From contig OX597816.1 in the NCBI GenBank assembly GCA_951406725.2, forward strand, positions 176,576,001 to 176,640,000: a stretch of DNA of 64,000 nucleotides, in the 5' to 3' direction. The DNA is from Octopus vulgaris (Eukaryota). Shown in pieces: positions 51,511 to 64,000 of this stretch. The notes under the pieces were generated by a model, which was not told the origin of the DNA, did no database searches, and saw only the letters and a list, made by a program, of their open reading frames with translations. A program made the position numbers and the translations under genes. The first letter of the stretch is position 1. Each line of letters starts with the position of its first letter.

Positions 51511-51739
51511 ATTCACGAAGTCATAAGCTTCTGATTTGTCCTAAGTTAACAAACCAAATTAAGTATATTTACCGTCGTTATTAATTTATCGGAAGATATT
51601 TGAATGAAAGATGTTTACGACACTCTTGTAATAATAAGCCAAGGGATTACGTAATAAAACAATAATGGGACGATTATAAGAATTAAGATGTTCGAGTGTG
51701 AAACGGTATCCGAAATTGTCTTTACCCAATTCAAAGTTG

Positions 51740-51805
51740 CAGACGACGCTTTCCCACAACCCACAACACCCACAAGGCAGCAGAGAGCATTGTGGGACAG
51801 CAGCT
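51740..51805 (+). promoter_or_regulatory. Promoter/5' UTR of gene B with ZNF143/Staf-like sites
   Basis: GCATTGTGGGA (reverse complement TCCCACAATGC) at 51787-51797 plus three CCCACAA repeats. Confidence 0.45.
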
Positions 51806-51844
51806 ATGGCGACAGACGATTGCGATGAAGATGTTATTTTCGAG
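51806..51844 (+). CDS. Probable first coding exon of gene B, MATDDCDEDVIFE (possibly POLR3E/RPC5)
   Basis: Kozak GCTATGG, ATGGCG start, phase-0 donor GAG|GTTTGT, CpG-rich non-repetitive context. Confidence 0.55.
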
Positions 51845-52659
51845 GTTTGTATAAAAAGTTGCTTTAGTTCTCGTTTGTTATGCGTTTTTGTGTGCTTGCA
51901 TCGGAATGTATTCTATAAAGTAAGGTCAATCTGTTCAAATTTTGTTTAAATCGTAAACATGCGACTGAAATGAAAGCCATTTTAATTGCATGTTTACAAC
52001 CAATTGCTTACAAACAGCCTGTAAGATCTGTTTGTTGTTTATTTGTAGTAATTTAATATCAAATATTTTTCTCGTAAATTTGTTAAAGATAAATGAATTT
52101 ATTTTTGCTAGTTTTACCTGTGAGAATCCACTCCTGCCCTGCAACTGTTGAATTTTTAGCATATGCCTACTTCCACTTAAATCGATGTCTCTTCTTTTCA
52201 GTTTATTTCTTCTCTGTTTCCAGATTCTTTGAGAAAAAACGAAATAATTATTTTGAAAAATGATTGAAAAATCATCATTATTATTTATTTTCTAGTAATA
52301 TATTCACTGCCAGTTCGTTTCTTAGGTGGGTGGCCTAACATTTTCTTTAATTTATAATGAAAATCAAAAGAATTGACACTTGCACATTCTTGGCATAATT
52401 GAATTATAGAAGAGCTTAACAGGTTTTATCTGCAAAGGTTTGTCAAAAGAGAAATCGTGATAATTAAAAACAATATTGATAGAAATGCATTAAAAGACAT
52501 GAAAATATATTTAATTCTACTATATATATATTTAATTCGCTGGAGCACAGTCAGTGTGACCTCACTCAACACATAATTAGGTGTGTTGAGTTTGAAAACT
52601 ATTCGTCTTAATTTAGAAATGTAATTTATGGTTTCACTTAGAGAATAGGAATATACAAA

Positions 52660-52850
52660 ATTGGTGTTGTTGCTGTTGTTATTATTATTATTATTATTAT
52701 TATTTATTATTATTGTTATTATTATTATTGTTATTATTATTATCATTTTTATTATTATTATCATTATTTATTATTATTGTTATTATTATTATTTATTATT
52801 ATTGTTATTATTATTATTATTATTGTTATTATTATTATTTATTATTATTA

Positions 52851-52897
<47 letters not shown>

Positions 52898-52899
52898 CA

Positions 52900-52940
<41 letters not shown>
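52660..52940. repeat. (ATT)n microsatellite
   Basis: Long trinucleotide run. Confidence 0.95.
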
Positions 52941-53300
52941 TGTGTGTGTGTGTGTGAAGTCTATGAGTTTCTTTTATGAAAAAAATGAAGATAAGTGTTT
53001 ATTTAGAATGGAAAGGAAATATATTGCTGGCAAAATGCTTTATTGTTATTTGTATATAAACTCAATATTGCTCTCAGATTAGGTAATAGTATATTCATAA
53101 AATAGAAAAAAATATCGTTTCTTATTCAGTCCTATGACACATGTTGACAATTTAATTTATTTGGTACTTTATTTAAATGTTTTGTTTTATTTCTGAAAGT
53201 GCATTTTTTGTACTTTTCTGTTTTTTAATTGGTCTCACTTACTGAGCGAGTGCTCTCCCTTACCCAAGCTGCTTCTTCACCTGTACTCAACATTACACAA

Positions 53301-53687
53301 TCTTTTACTTGTTTCAGTCATTTTGACTGCGGCCATGCTGCAGCACCGCCTTTAGTCGAGCAAATCGACCCCGGGACTTTATTCTTTGTAAGCCCAGTAC
53401 TTATTCTATCAGTCTCTTTTGCCGAACCGTTAAGTGACGGGGACGTAAACACACCAGCATTGGTTGTCAAGCAATGCTAGGGGGACAAACACAGACACAC
53501 ACACTTATATATATATACATATATACGACAGGCTTCTTTCAGTTTCCGTCTACCAAATCCACACACAAGGCATTGGTCGGCCCGGGGCTATAGCCGAAGA
53601 CACTTGCCCAAGATGTCACGCAGTGGGACTGAACCCGGAACCATGTGGTTGGTTAGCAAGCTACTTACCACACAGCCACTCCTGCGC
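53301..53687 (-). mobile_element. SINE family A
   Basis: Reverse complement of 42027-42450. Confidence 0.9.
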
Positions 53688-53869
53688 CTTTGTATTTTTT
53701 AATGCTCATATAAGCATTTTTTGCCACTAAATTAAGAAATCACATTCATTTTGACCTAACATCGATAGTTATTTATTTATTCCTAATTTCATATTTGCTC
53801 GTTATATTTGTAACTTTTCTTTACAGCACTTTGTTGGTTCAATCTATTCTAGTATTGTAAGGATAATAA

Positions 53870-55839
53870 CACAACATTTAGTACTTTTTCATATATTAAA
53901 AGGTATGTAGGAAGTATAATATTAGTTAGAACAAAAAGAAACAATAAAACTCTGCACTGTAAATGCCTTGATAACTCTTTTCTTAAGATGAGAAGTGCTT
54001 TGACTATCGAGATTTTCTGGAGTGTATACCTTCATCTCTTCTGACTAGAGACCATATATAATCTCCCATCATAGCAGTATCCCATCGTCCTTGGTATCTT
54101 CTTTCCATAGTTGTGATGTCCTGATGAAATCTTTCACCATGCTCCTCACTGACATCAACCAAGTTTTCGGGGAAAAATCTAGGTGAGAGTGCAAAAAATG
54201 AACCTTTAAGGACATACAACGACCCATTTTCTTGAAGTTTTCAATAAGCTTTGCTACCAGCTGTTGGTAATTAGGAACCTTGTGATTTCCTAGGAATACA
54301 CGAACTACATCACGAAATGCACACCAAGCTTCTTTTTCATCTTTTATCATCGCTCTTTCCAGTTTCTTCAACTTTAACATTGCATTTACTTGGGGCCCAA
54401 CAAATATGCCACCCTTGATCTTAGCCTCAGATAGCTTTGGAAACATAAGAGAAATTTCTTGAAAAGCTTCTCCTCTAAAATCTAAGGCCTTCACAAACTG
54501 TTTTACCAATCCGAGTTTGATATGAAGTGTGGGTAATATGATTTTGTTGGAATCTACTAGTGGCTGTTTGAGAACATTTAACATTCCTGGCTGCAGTTCC
54601 ACTCGTGGGGGCCAATGTACTCTCTTGTAACGATGATCATCAGCTCTGCTGTCCCATAAGCAAAGGACACATGAATACTTTGTGTATCCGCCTTGCAAGC
54701 CAAGCAAGAAGGCAAGCATCTTGAAATCACCACAAACATCCCACTTGAACTCAGTGTAATTTATTTTGTCGAGAAGTTCTTTGATATTGGAGTGTGCAAG
54801 AGGCAAAGAGGGATATTTATTTCCATTGTGGAGCAACACTGCTTTGAGACTTCGTGTTGAGCTATCTATGAACAGTTGCAGAATCATGCTTGAGTCCAAT
54901 AGCAGCAAACAAACCAATCACATCTTTACAATAACACATTAATATTTTCATAGTAAATTTCAAATTCTTCATGGCATTTCCAGTACAGATATGCCTTTCT
55001 CCAGTAGATTCCATTCCTTCAATCTTGACGAAAGAAGTTCAGCTCCTGACTTAGTAAGACCCAGATCCCTGATTAAATCATCCAACTCACTCTGATTTGG
55101 AAAATGAGGCTCTGAACTCATTCTTGGTACGAAAGCTTCCTACATTTCTTGGCTGCTGCTACTTGTTGACTCTTCAGATGAAATATTTTCTGGTGGTAGT
55201 GGTACCCGTAAACTGTCATCATGTGGGACAGGTGCTCTAGATGATGGTATGTCTGGATACTGAAGAGCTTGTCTTCCTTTCACTTTTCTGTACTTTGTCA
55301 CATCAATCATACAAAAGTAACAGTCATCGTGATGGTTCTTTGGCTTTCTCCATACCCTTGGAATGGCAAAAGGCATTGACCTACCTGTATCTCTTAACCA
55401 TCCTTCTAGAGTAGATCGACAGTTTCCACATATCACATGTGGAGCCCATGGTTTGTCCTAGTCACCCATGGACATTCTGAAATAGTCTGTATGCTATCCA
55501 CAATTTGGCACCTTTCACGATCTTATGTAATACTTGCTTTTTTCCAATATAATAACCACACACATAGCAAAATGTATCTGGAGAATTTTTAGATACTCTA
55601 GTAGTCATCCTGAAAGTAGCAGAACTTCGTAATTGGTCTGAAAGAGAAAATTAGACATACATTTAGTAGCGGAACATTATAACAATACCGAATACATAAC
55701 AATATTGAAAGTCAACATATTTTCTTAACTGTTGATGATACACAAAAAATAATTTCATTTTTGGAATCGGCAGAAAATATGGATTGATAAACAAGAAAAC
55801 AATACAATAAACAAATTTTTTGAAAATTGTTACATTGTG
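53870..55839 (-). mobile_element. Chapaev3-like (CMC) DNA transposon, decayed
   Basis: MPFAIPRVW...DCYFC, LFIDSS..SLKAVLLHNGN, CGDFKM, LHIKLGL, SLKVHFLHSHLD, SEEHGERFHQDI; right end GTG|TTA, left end uncertain. Confidence 0.8.
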
Positions 55840-56811
55840 TTATTTGTTGAATAAAGTAGTTGGTTTATGAATTTCTTATGGTTACTTCTTGAGGCAATTT
55901 ATTTCAACGAAATTATATATGGACTATGTCTCGAAAGGCTCAATATAACTCTTTCTCAGTTAGTGTTGATCTCTTTATCGAGGCAGATATAGATTAAAAA
56001 GGAATTGTATTGAGGCTTTTAGATGTAGAACTCTGGTTAAATATGTTGCAAACATTTTCTTAATAATATTCTTGACTTCGATAAACAGCATTCCATCATA
56101 AGCTCCATATTTCACAGAATATTCATATTTATAGCAGATTATGACTATTATGATGATATGATAAATTGCCTAAAGTGTACTTGCATTATTAGAATCCTAA
56201 TACAGGTACAAGGCCTGAAATTTTGTTGGAGGAGGCTAGTCGACTCCAGTACTTATTTTATCAATCTCAATTGGACAGAATGCAGAGTTGACTTTTGTTG
56301 AATTTGAACTCAATACATTAAGAGCTAGAAGAAATGTTAATAAGCATTTTGTCCAGTGCAGTAATGATTCACCCTGTTGCCTTACCTGCATTATTTAAAT
56401 ATGAAAAAGGATTTTGTGAGACATTATCTTGTGACTCACACACCACAACCAAATGAATCCGTTATGTTATTCAAGCTTTAAAACTCCTGGATGTGTGACT
56501 CACAAACCACAACCAAATGAATCCATTGATTATGTTGTTCAAGCCTTAAAACTCCTGGATGAAGAAAGTAACTTTAATGCAATATCATCTGGACTGTATA
56601 TGAAACATTTGATAATGGGTGCTTTTATTTCTGGATTAATTTTAGCCAGTATATTATCCAGGAAAGCCAAAGCATTAGCCTTAGCTTTAAAGTATGTTAG
56701 TGTTTGTAATATGGATATCCTTCCTTGTAAATACTCCTGCTGTTACAAAGAAGGACACCAGAAAGAAAGCTATTTCAGGACTTACAATACTCAGAAGTTC
56801 ATTATATATGA

Positions 56812-57018
56812 ATGTGTGTCTGTGTTTGTTCCCCTAGCATTGCTTGACAACCGATGCTGGTGTGTTTATGTCCCCGTCACTTAGCAGTTCGGCAAAAGAG
56901 ACCGATAGAATAAGTCCTGGGCTTACAAAGAATAAGTCCCGGGGTCGATTTGCTCGACTAAAGGCAGTGCTCCAGCATGGCCGCAGTCAAATGACTGAAA
57001 CAAGTAAAAGAGTAAAAG
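56812..57018 (+). mobile_element. SINE family A, 3' half
   Basis: Matches 7725-7930. Confidence 0.85.
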
Positions 57019-57943
57019 GGAATATCCAATTCAAGATATTCTACCTGCTTTATGTTCAAATTACCCAGATCTGACCTTTCACACCCGCCTTTCAGTGTCA
57101 TTCTAAAAATAAACAGTCATAATTGAACTCTCAAAGCTACAAGATAAGCCATGATTAATTCAAAATGATGTGAATAATTAAGCATTATATTTGGCAGAGT
57201 AGTCTGAATGCTATAAGGTTAAGTATTTTGACTTGGCGGTGCCCCAGCATGGCCACAGCTCGTGAGCTGAAACTAGATAAAATAAAAAAATAAAAATTGT
57301 AGCATCTTTTGCCTTATACATTCTTTAATATTGTAATTGTTTGATATTGTAATTTATGTAACAGTGATAGCCTTCATCAAAGCTAATATTGGTTTCAAAT
57401 CTTGGCACAAGGCCAAGCAATTTGGGATGGTGGGGTAAATCAATTACATTGACCCCGGTGCTCAACTTGTTCTTATTTTATCGACCCCGAAAGGATGAAA
57501 AGTGAAGTTGACCTCAGCAGAATTTGAACTCAGAATGTAAAGATGGATGAAATACCACTAAACATTTTACCTGGTGTGCTTACAATTCTGCCAGCTCATC
57601 ACCTTATTAAAGTTAATGATGCTAAATGGAATGGTTTAGTCAGTCTAGCGTTCAGTTGCAGAGTTGTGATAAGAGCAACACAATTTTATCTCCCCAAAAG
57701 TTGGTTAACAGCAGTCACTTGTTGGTTAACACAGCTCTACCCGAATTTTATATTTTAACTGAATTAAAACATTCTTTCATTCTTTTGTCTGTGACCATGC
57801 TGGAGCACCACCTTGAAGGGTTTTAGTCAAACAAATCAACCCCAGGACTCATTTTTTAAAGCTAAGTACTTATTATATTGGTCTCTTTTGCTGAACTGCA
57901 AAGTTACAGGGATGTAAACACACCAACACTGGTTAACAAGAAT

Positions 57944-58343
57944 ACTCTACTTGTGAAGACCTGTTGAGGCAAGTGAAATCAAAATCAATCAACATCAATG
58001 GAATTTGTAGCTGTGATACCAGTGCCGGTGGCACATAAGAGAACCATCCGAACGTGGCCGTTGCCAGCGCCACCCCAACTGGCTTCCGTGCCGGTGGCAC
58101 GTAAAAAGCACCATCCGATCGTGGCCATTTGCCAGCCTCGTCTGGCAGCTGTGCCGGTGGCACGTAAAAAGCACCCACTACACTCATGGAGTGGTTGGCA
58201 TTAGGAAGGGCATCCAGCCGTAGAAACATTGCCAGATCAGACTGGGCCTGGTGCAGCCTTCTGGCTTCACAGACCCTAGTTGCACTGTCCAATCCATGCC
58301 AGCATGGAAAGCGGATGCTAAACGATGATGATGATAATGATGA
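57944..58343 (+). mobile_element. RTE 3' UTR with (GAT)n tail
   Basis: Matches 37374-37859. Confidence 0.9.
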
Positions 58344-59220
58344 TATATATACGTTCAGCAAAATTTAGATGCAAATGAATATGGTACTTAAGTTAGATGC
58401 ACCAGAATTTTGTACGATGTTATCCATATAAATCCATAGGGTGATTATAATCAAAATAAGCAACAAGAATATCTTCGGTGATTTGGTACGATCGTTTCAT
58501 GCTACATCATTTTATTAAACATTGTAAGTATTACAACAATTTTAAAATGTTGAGCAATCATCAGCTGTTTATAGAGGTTTTCCATCAATACATATACTTA
58601 TTTTCATATTAATTAATAACATCATAAAGAGGGTAGATATATAGACAGGGATGTTGATTTGAATGTTAAGAACATTTAGGTATGAGAATTTATCTTCTGA
58701 CTGAAGAATATTCTTTAAGTTATTTTGAACTGCTAGAAAGTGGGGAGGGATCTTCTGTTGAATGGAGACAGAAGAGATTTTCTATTTATAGAAGTAGGTA
58801 GGCGTGAAATAAATGTCAGAAGTTATTCCTAAAGAAAATTAAAGTGGAAAGGGGGTTATATTGTCTTAGGGGCTGTTTACTCCCATTTGGCAATTAGATT
58901 TTGTATCAAGAAAACTAGATCAATGCTAAATGGTCACAGTGACCAACCATATACTAAATAGTTATAGAAAATACAGAGTATATATATCATTGACCCTTAA
59001 TATATTCACTTAATTAATAAGACTTTTGTCCACAGTTATTGAATATTATGCCTACTCATAATAAATGATAGGTTTCTTTCTCCAATATTAATAAACATTA
59101 GATTTATAATTATCTTTTAATCTAACTTATTAAAATAATCAACACCTAATAGCCAAGTATAATCTTATAGATTAAAGCGGATGCATATTTGTATATGTTT
59201 GTTTAAGTGTCAAGGAATCC

Positions 59221-60608
59221 CACAAGTAGAGTTTTGTGTCCCAAGAAGGAAAGGTATGAATAAGTGGACTGAGGCCATGGGTTATGGTCTCACTTGTCCT
59301 GCCGGGTCTTCTCACGCACAGCATACTTCCAAAGGTCTCGGTCTCTAGTCATTTCTTCGGTGAGACCTAAAGTTCGAAGGTCGTGCATCACCACCTCATC
59401 CCAGGTTTTCCTGGGTCTACCTCTTCCACAGGTTCCCTCAACAGCTAGGGTGTGGCACTTTTTCACACAACTATCTTCATCCATTCTCACCACATGACCA
59501 TACCAGCGCAAACATCTCTCTTGCACACCACAACTGATGCTTCTTAGGCCCAACTTCTCTGTCAAGGTACTTACACTCTGTCGAGTATGAACACTGACAT
59601 TACACATCGATCGGAGCATACTGGCTCCATTTCTTGCGAGCTTACACATATCCTCAGCAGTCACGGCTCATGTTTCACTGCCATGTAGCATGGCTGTTCA
59701 TACACATGCGTCATACAGTCAGCCTTTTACTCTGAGCGAGAGGCCTTTTGTCCCTAGCAGAGGTAAGAGCTCTCTGAACTTTGCCCAAGCTATTCTTACT
59801 CTAGCAGTTACACTTTCAACACACCCACCCCTGCTACTGACTTGGTTACCTAGGTAATGGAAGCTATCAACTATTTCTAGTTTTTCTCCCTGGAATGTGG
59901 CGGAAGTTGCTCTCTGCGCATTTTCAGTGGTTATTGTTCCTGAGCATCTGCCACATACAAAAACTATTTTCCTAGTTAGCCTTCCTTTGACATTGCTTCA
60001 CCTCTTATGTGTCCATAGCTTACACTTGGTGCATCTTATAGAGTTTCTACCTACGCCTTTTCTACAGATCGAGCAAGGCCATCTACCTGAAGACGTTTGT
60101 GATTTGTCTACCTTCCTACTTATTAGGACTTTGGTTTTAACTAGGTTGACTCTAAGGCCCTTCGATTCTAATCCTTGTTTCCACACCTGAAACTTCTCCT
60201 CCAGTTCTGATAGTGATTCAGCAATTAGAGCAAGGTTATCAGCATAGAGGAACTCCCAGGGGCATCCTGTCTTGAATTCCTCCGTTATTGCCTGGAGGAC
60301 TATGATAAATAGGAGGGGGCTGAGGACTGAACCTTGGTGGACCCCTACCTCCGCCCGGAATTCTTCACTGTACTTGTTGCCAACCCTCACCTTACTAGCA
60401 GCATCCCTGTACATGGCTTGCACAGCTCTCACTAACTATTCATCTATCCCTAGTTTCCTCATTGACCACCAGATAAGGGATCGGGGGACCCTGTCGAAGG
60501 CTTTCTCCATGTCAACGAAAGCCAGGTACAGGGGCTTATCTTTGGCTAGGTATTTCTCCTGCAGCTGTCTCACCAGGAATATGGCATCAGTGGTGCTTTT
60601 CCCTGGCA
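59221..60608 (-). mobile_element. RTE LINE body lacking its distal 3' UTR
   Basis: RT ORFs 59998-60432 and 59290-59664. Confidence 0.95.
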
Positions 60609-60953
60609 TACCTGCGTCTACATATCAGCATTCATTTAATAACCCTGTAACTCCACTAGTATTGCCAAATTTTTCTTGCCTGAAGATTCCACCTGTTACA
60701 CCCTTATGAGTGATTTAGCCTTACAAATGCTCTAGCAAGAGTGATAGTCTTACAGAATTATCTTGTATCTACATACTCACATTTAGATCATTTGATACAT
60801 CCCTGATATCTTTAGGTGTTTATGTCATGAAAGATCATCTTTCTAGTGAAAAAAATGCCATTTTGGTAAAACAAACAATTTTTTTTTGATGATTCATTAA
60901 TAAATACCAGCAACATCTAATCTTGTTAGGTTACTTATTCTTAAATACTTTAA

Positions 60954-61173
60954 TTCTTTAGCATTTAAACCGGCCATATCCAGCCAAAATATTTGGTCCA
61001 TTTTATGTTCAAACTGGTCAGATTTGGCTTCTCACATCTACCCTACAATCTTATTCTAAAAATAAACAATCACATCATTAAAATCTTGAAGCTATAAGAT
61101 AATGCATGATTAATTTAAAACAATATGAATAAATAGTTATTACTTTTGACAGAGTAATGTGAATGCGGAAGGG
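60954..61173. mobile_element. piggyBac-like MITE
   Basis: Homologous to 5631-5849; ends GAAGGG|TTAA. Confidence 0.8.
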
Positions 61174-61353
61174 TTAAATTGACCACTTAACAAGAACTTA
61201 AAAATCCTTCAGTCATGAATGACACATTCTTCTAATAAAATAAAACCCTTATTGAAATTCACCACTTTACTATTCAATAATGTCCGGGGTATAAACAATC
61301 CAGATGTTGAGTTACAGTATCATTCTGTGAATAAATTCTTTGCTGTATGAATC

Positions 61354-61766
61354 TCTCTTTACTTGTTTCAGTCATTTGACTGCGGCCATGCTGGAGCACC
61401 ACCTTTAATCGGGCAACTCGACCCCAGAACTTATTCTTTTGTAAGACCAGTACTTATTCTATCGGTCTCTTTTGCCGAACCGCTAAGTAACGGGGACATA
61501 AACACACCAGTATCGGTTGTCAAGCAATGCTAGAGGGACAATCACAGGCACACAAACATATACACACACATACATATACATATATATATACATATATACG
61601 ACAGGCTTCTTTCAGTTTCCGTCTACCAAATCCACTCACAAGGCTTTGGTCGGCCCGAGGCTATAGTAGAAGACACTTGCCCAAGGTGCCACGCAGTGGG
61701 ACTGAACCCGGAACCATGCGGTTGGTAAACAAGTTACTTACCAACCACACAGCCACTACTGCGCCT
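61354..61766 (-). mobile_element. SINE family A
   Basis: Full-length copy. Confidence 0.9.
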
Positions 61767-62179
61767 GTTATCATTACTTATTACAATAATGTATGTTTTA
61801 AGTATTGTATTTGCTCAATGTTCCACCACCATCCTAACTTGTTGTTATAGAATATGAATTTCTAACTGAGGCTAAAGTTTACATTTTTTTAAAGGTAGTT
61901 AGAGATGGGGACGAGGTTGATAAAATTAACTCAGGTACTGTGGAATGATGCTGGTATTAAATAATGATTTTAAATTTTGGCAGATGGCCAACAAGTTCAG
62001 GGGAGAAGTTAAGTCATTTACATTGATCCCAATGCACAACTGGTACTTATTTCATTGAGCCTGAAAGGATGAAAGGCAAAGTCAACCATGGCAGAATTTG
62101 AACTCAGAACATAGACATACAAAATGCTGCTAAGCATTTTGCTTGGCATGCTAATGATTCTACCAGCTCACTAAACAAA

Positions 62180-63434
62180 CTTACATCCCATAAATAATGT
62201 AGTTTTTTTTATACTTCTTTTATTTTTCAAAATTAAGATAAACAAAGTTCTTTTTTAATCTAAAATATACTCTCCTTCATTTTCTACAATACTCTTCCAT
62301 CTATCTGGTAGACTTGCAAAGTCCCTCTTCCAAAATTCACTTGTCGGTGATGAAAAATACTCCTTCAGTACTGTTCCGACCTCGTCTACAGAATTCATGT
62401 TTTTCTGTCCAAATGATTTTGAACACTGCGGAACAAATGGTAATCAGATGGAGCAATGTGTGGCAAATATGGTGAGTAGGACATCATTTCCCATTGAAAC
62501 TGCTCTGGCCTTTGGAATGTCATCCTCGCTGTATGTGGCCAAGCCTTATCCTGATGGAAGATCACCTTTTGTTTTGAAACCAAAGATGGTCGTTTTTCTT
62601 CTAGCGCTGACTCAAGGTGCTCATAGATCTCCTTTGTTATTGTTTGGTTTGATTTTAAAAGTTCAAAGTGGACTAAACCTTTCATATCCCACCAAACAGA
62701 TAACAACACATTATGTGGGTGAAGACCTTCTTTAGCCTGGGGTGCCAGTGTTTCTCCTTTCTGTACCCACTGTCTTTGGCACTTGACATTTTTATAGAGA
62801 ACCCATTTCTCATCACCAGTCACTATTCGGTCCAAAAAAGGTTCATTCATGAGATGTGACAGCAAAGAAGAGCACACATTCACTCTCTGCATGCAATTAG
62901 ATTCAGAAAGTTTGTGAGGAACCCATTGACCTGATTTGCTGACTTTTCTGATGGCATGCAGGTGTTGATGAATGGTTGAATGACCGATTCCAAGCTTCTC
63001 TGCTGGTTCCTCAACAGTTATGATGGGATTTTGTTCCACTGTTGAGCTCTACAGATCTTCTGGGATGAGGCCTGTCTTCTAGGCTGTAGTCTCTGGCTCC
63101 GAATTTCTGGAAGCACCATTGACACTGACTTATGTTTATTGTCCAATCCTCATTTATTGCATTAATATTCCTCACACTTTCTATCGTGTTGTTGCTTTTA
63201 TTGAACTCATAAAGCAAAGTATGCTGAATAAGCCCCTTTGTCACTTCCATTATAGCTTTGAAAAAATAGCTGTTAAAATCGAACTGCACTCTTCAAAATT
63301 TGTACTAAGAATAAGGACAAAGTAAAAGTACTACCTGCTTTTATCGCAAGTTGATGCAGATAGTCTTTCCTGTTCACTTCTGACTTTTAGTTCATTCAAT
63401 TGAAAAAAACCAACATTATTTATGGGATGACCCA
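62180..63434 (-). mobile_element. Decayed mariner transposon
   Basis: WVPHKL, IVTGDEKW, FHQDKAWPH, PY.PHIAPSDYHLF; imperfect TIRs. Confidence 0.9.
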
Positions 63435-63724
63435 ATTTCTTACTACTCCTACTACTGACAACAACACCAACACAAACAGCCCACCTTCTCCTCCTCTCAC
63501 CCCCCTCAAAGCTATTTCTCTATTTTTTCTCTCCCTGGGACTAGAAGGATCGATATTGTCAACCAATCCACCATCTGCATCTTTATTCACACTGAAAATG
63601 GATAACACCTACAATCCTGTTGTTATGTTTTGTTTTTGTGAGGCATATTATCTATAAATTTAGAATTGTTGTGTTAATCTCATACAAAAAATGATTAAAA
63701 GACTGTTGAAGTAGATTTAGTGGC

Positions 63725-64000
63725 TATATAACTTAGATATGTTTCGACCAAAGATTGGTCCAGGCCATGTCTAACTTAATAGCACCACCTGATAGGATTA
63801 TTCGAATCCTGTTTAAGTCAAGTTTTGTTCAAGTAGTGAGTTCTTGTTGGGTGAGTTGTATCCAATTATGGGTGGCTTATCTGGTATTCTTTGAAGGAAT
63901 CTATCCAGACTCCGTTTAAAGTTGATGGGATCCTTTTCCTCTTTGATCTCCCTCGGGACAATGTTAAATAGGGCAGGGCCTGTTGAGGAAAAGAAATTAT
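63725..64000 (-). mobile_element. CR1/L2-group LINE 3' end (runs off the window)
   Basis: GPALFNIVPREIK...FKRSLDRFLQRIPDKP..GY..NSL. Confidence 0.65.

Noticed and set aside
51210-51584. Asp-rich 124-aa ORF
   Set aside because: Degenerate trinucleotide repeat that is open in several frames
56431-56884. 143-aa ORF and a ~65-bp tandem duplication
   Set aside because: The ORF spans a local duplication and ends in a SINE; no domain signal

Overview
AT-rich, microsatellite- and transposon-dense eukaryotic DNA; the repeat families suggest an octopus/cephalopod genome (inference). Almost all ORF-track entries are microsatellite artefacts or decayed transposon frames. Two probable host-gene first coding exons, both missed by the ORF track in the correct frame or extent, point away from each other about 37 kb apart. 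Gene A (minus, 14343-14233) encodes a signal peptide and sits behind a CLEAR/M-box-like motif. Gene B (plus, 51806-51844, MATDDCDEDVIFE) sits behind a ZNF143/Staf-like motif and is possibly POLR3E. The rest is RTE LINEs carrying a PHD-like finger inside the RT, four tRNA-derived SINE families, mariner, maT, Chapaev3, hAT, piggyBac and Helitron elements, CR1-like tails and Penelope-like elements (PLEs). The most notable signal is a set of short fold-back elements next to (TA)n tracts that contain minimal hammerhead-ribozyme-like motifs with non-canonical cores, including a clean G3-C8 compensatory variant at 49593-49643. All folding and alignment was done by eye; repeat boundaries are approximate unless TIRs or TSDs are quoted.
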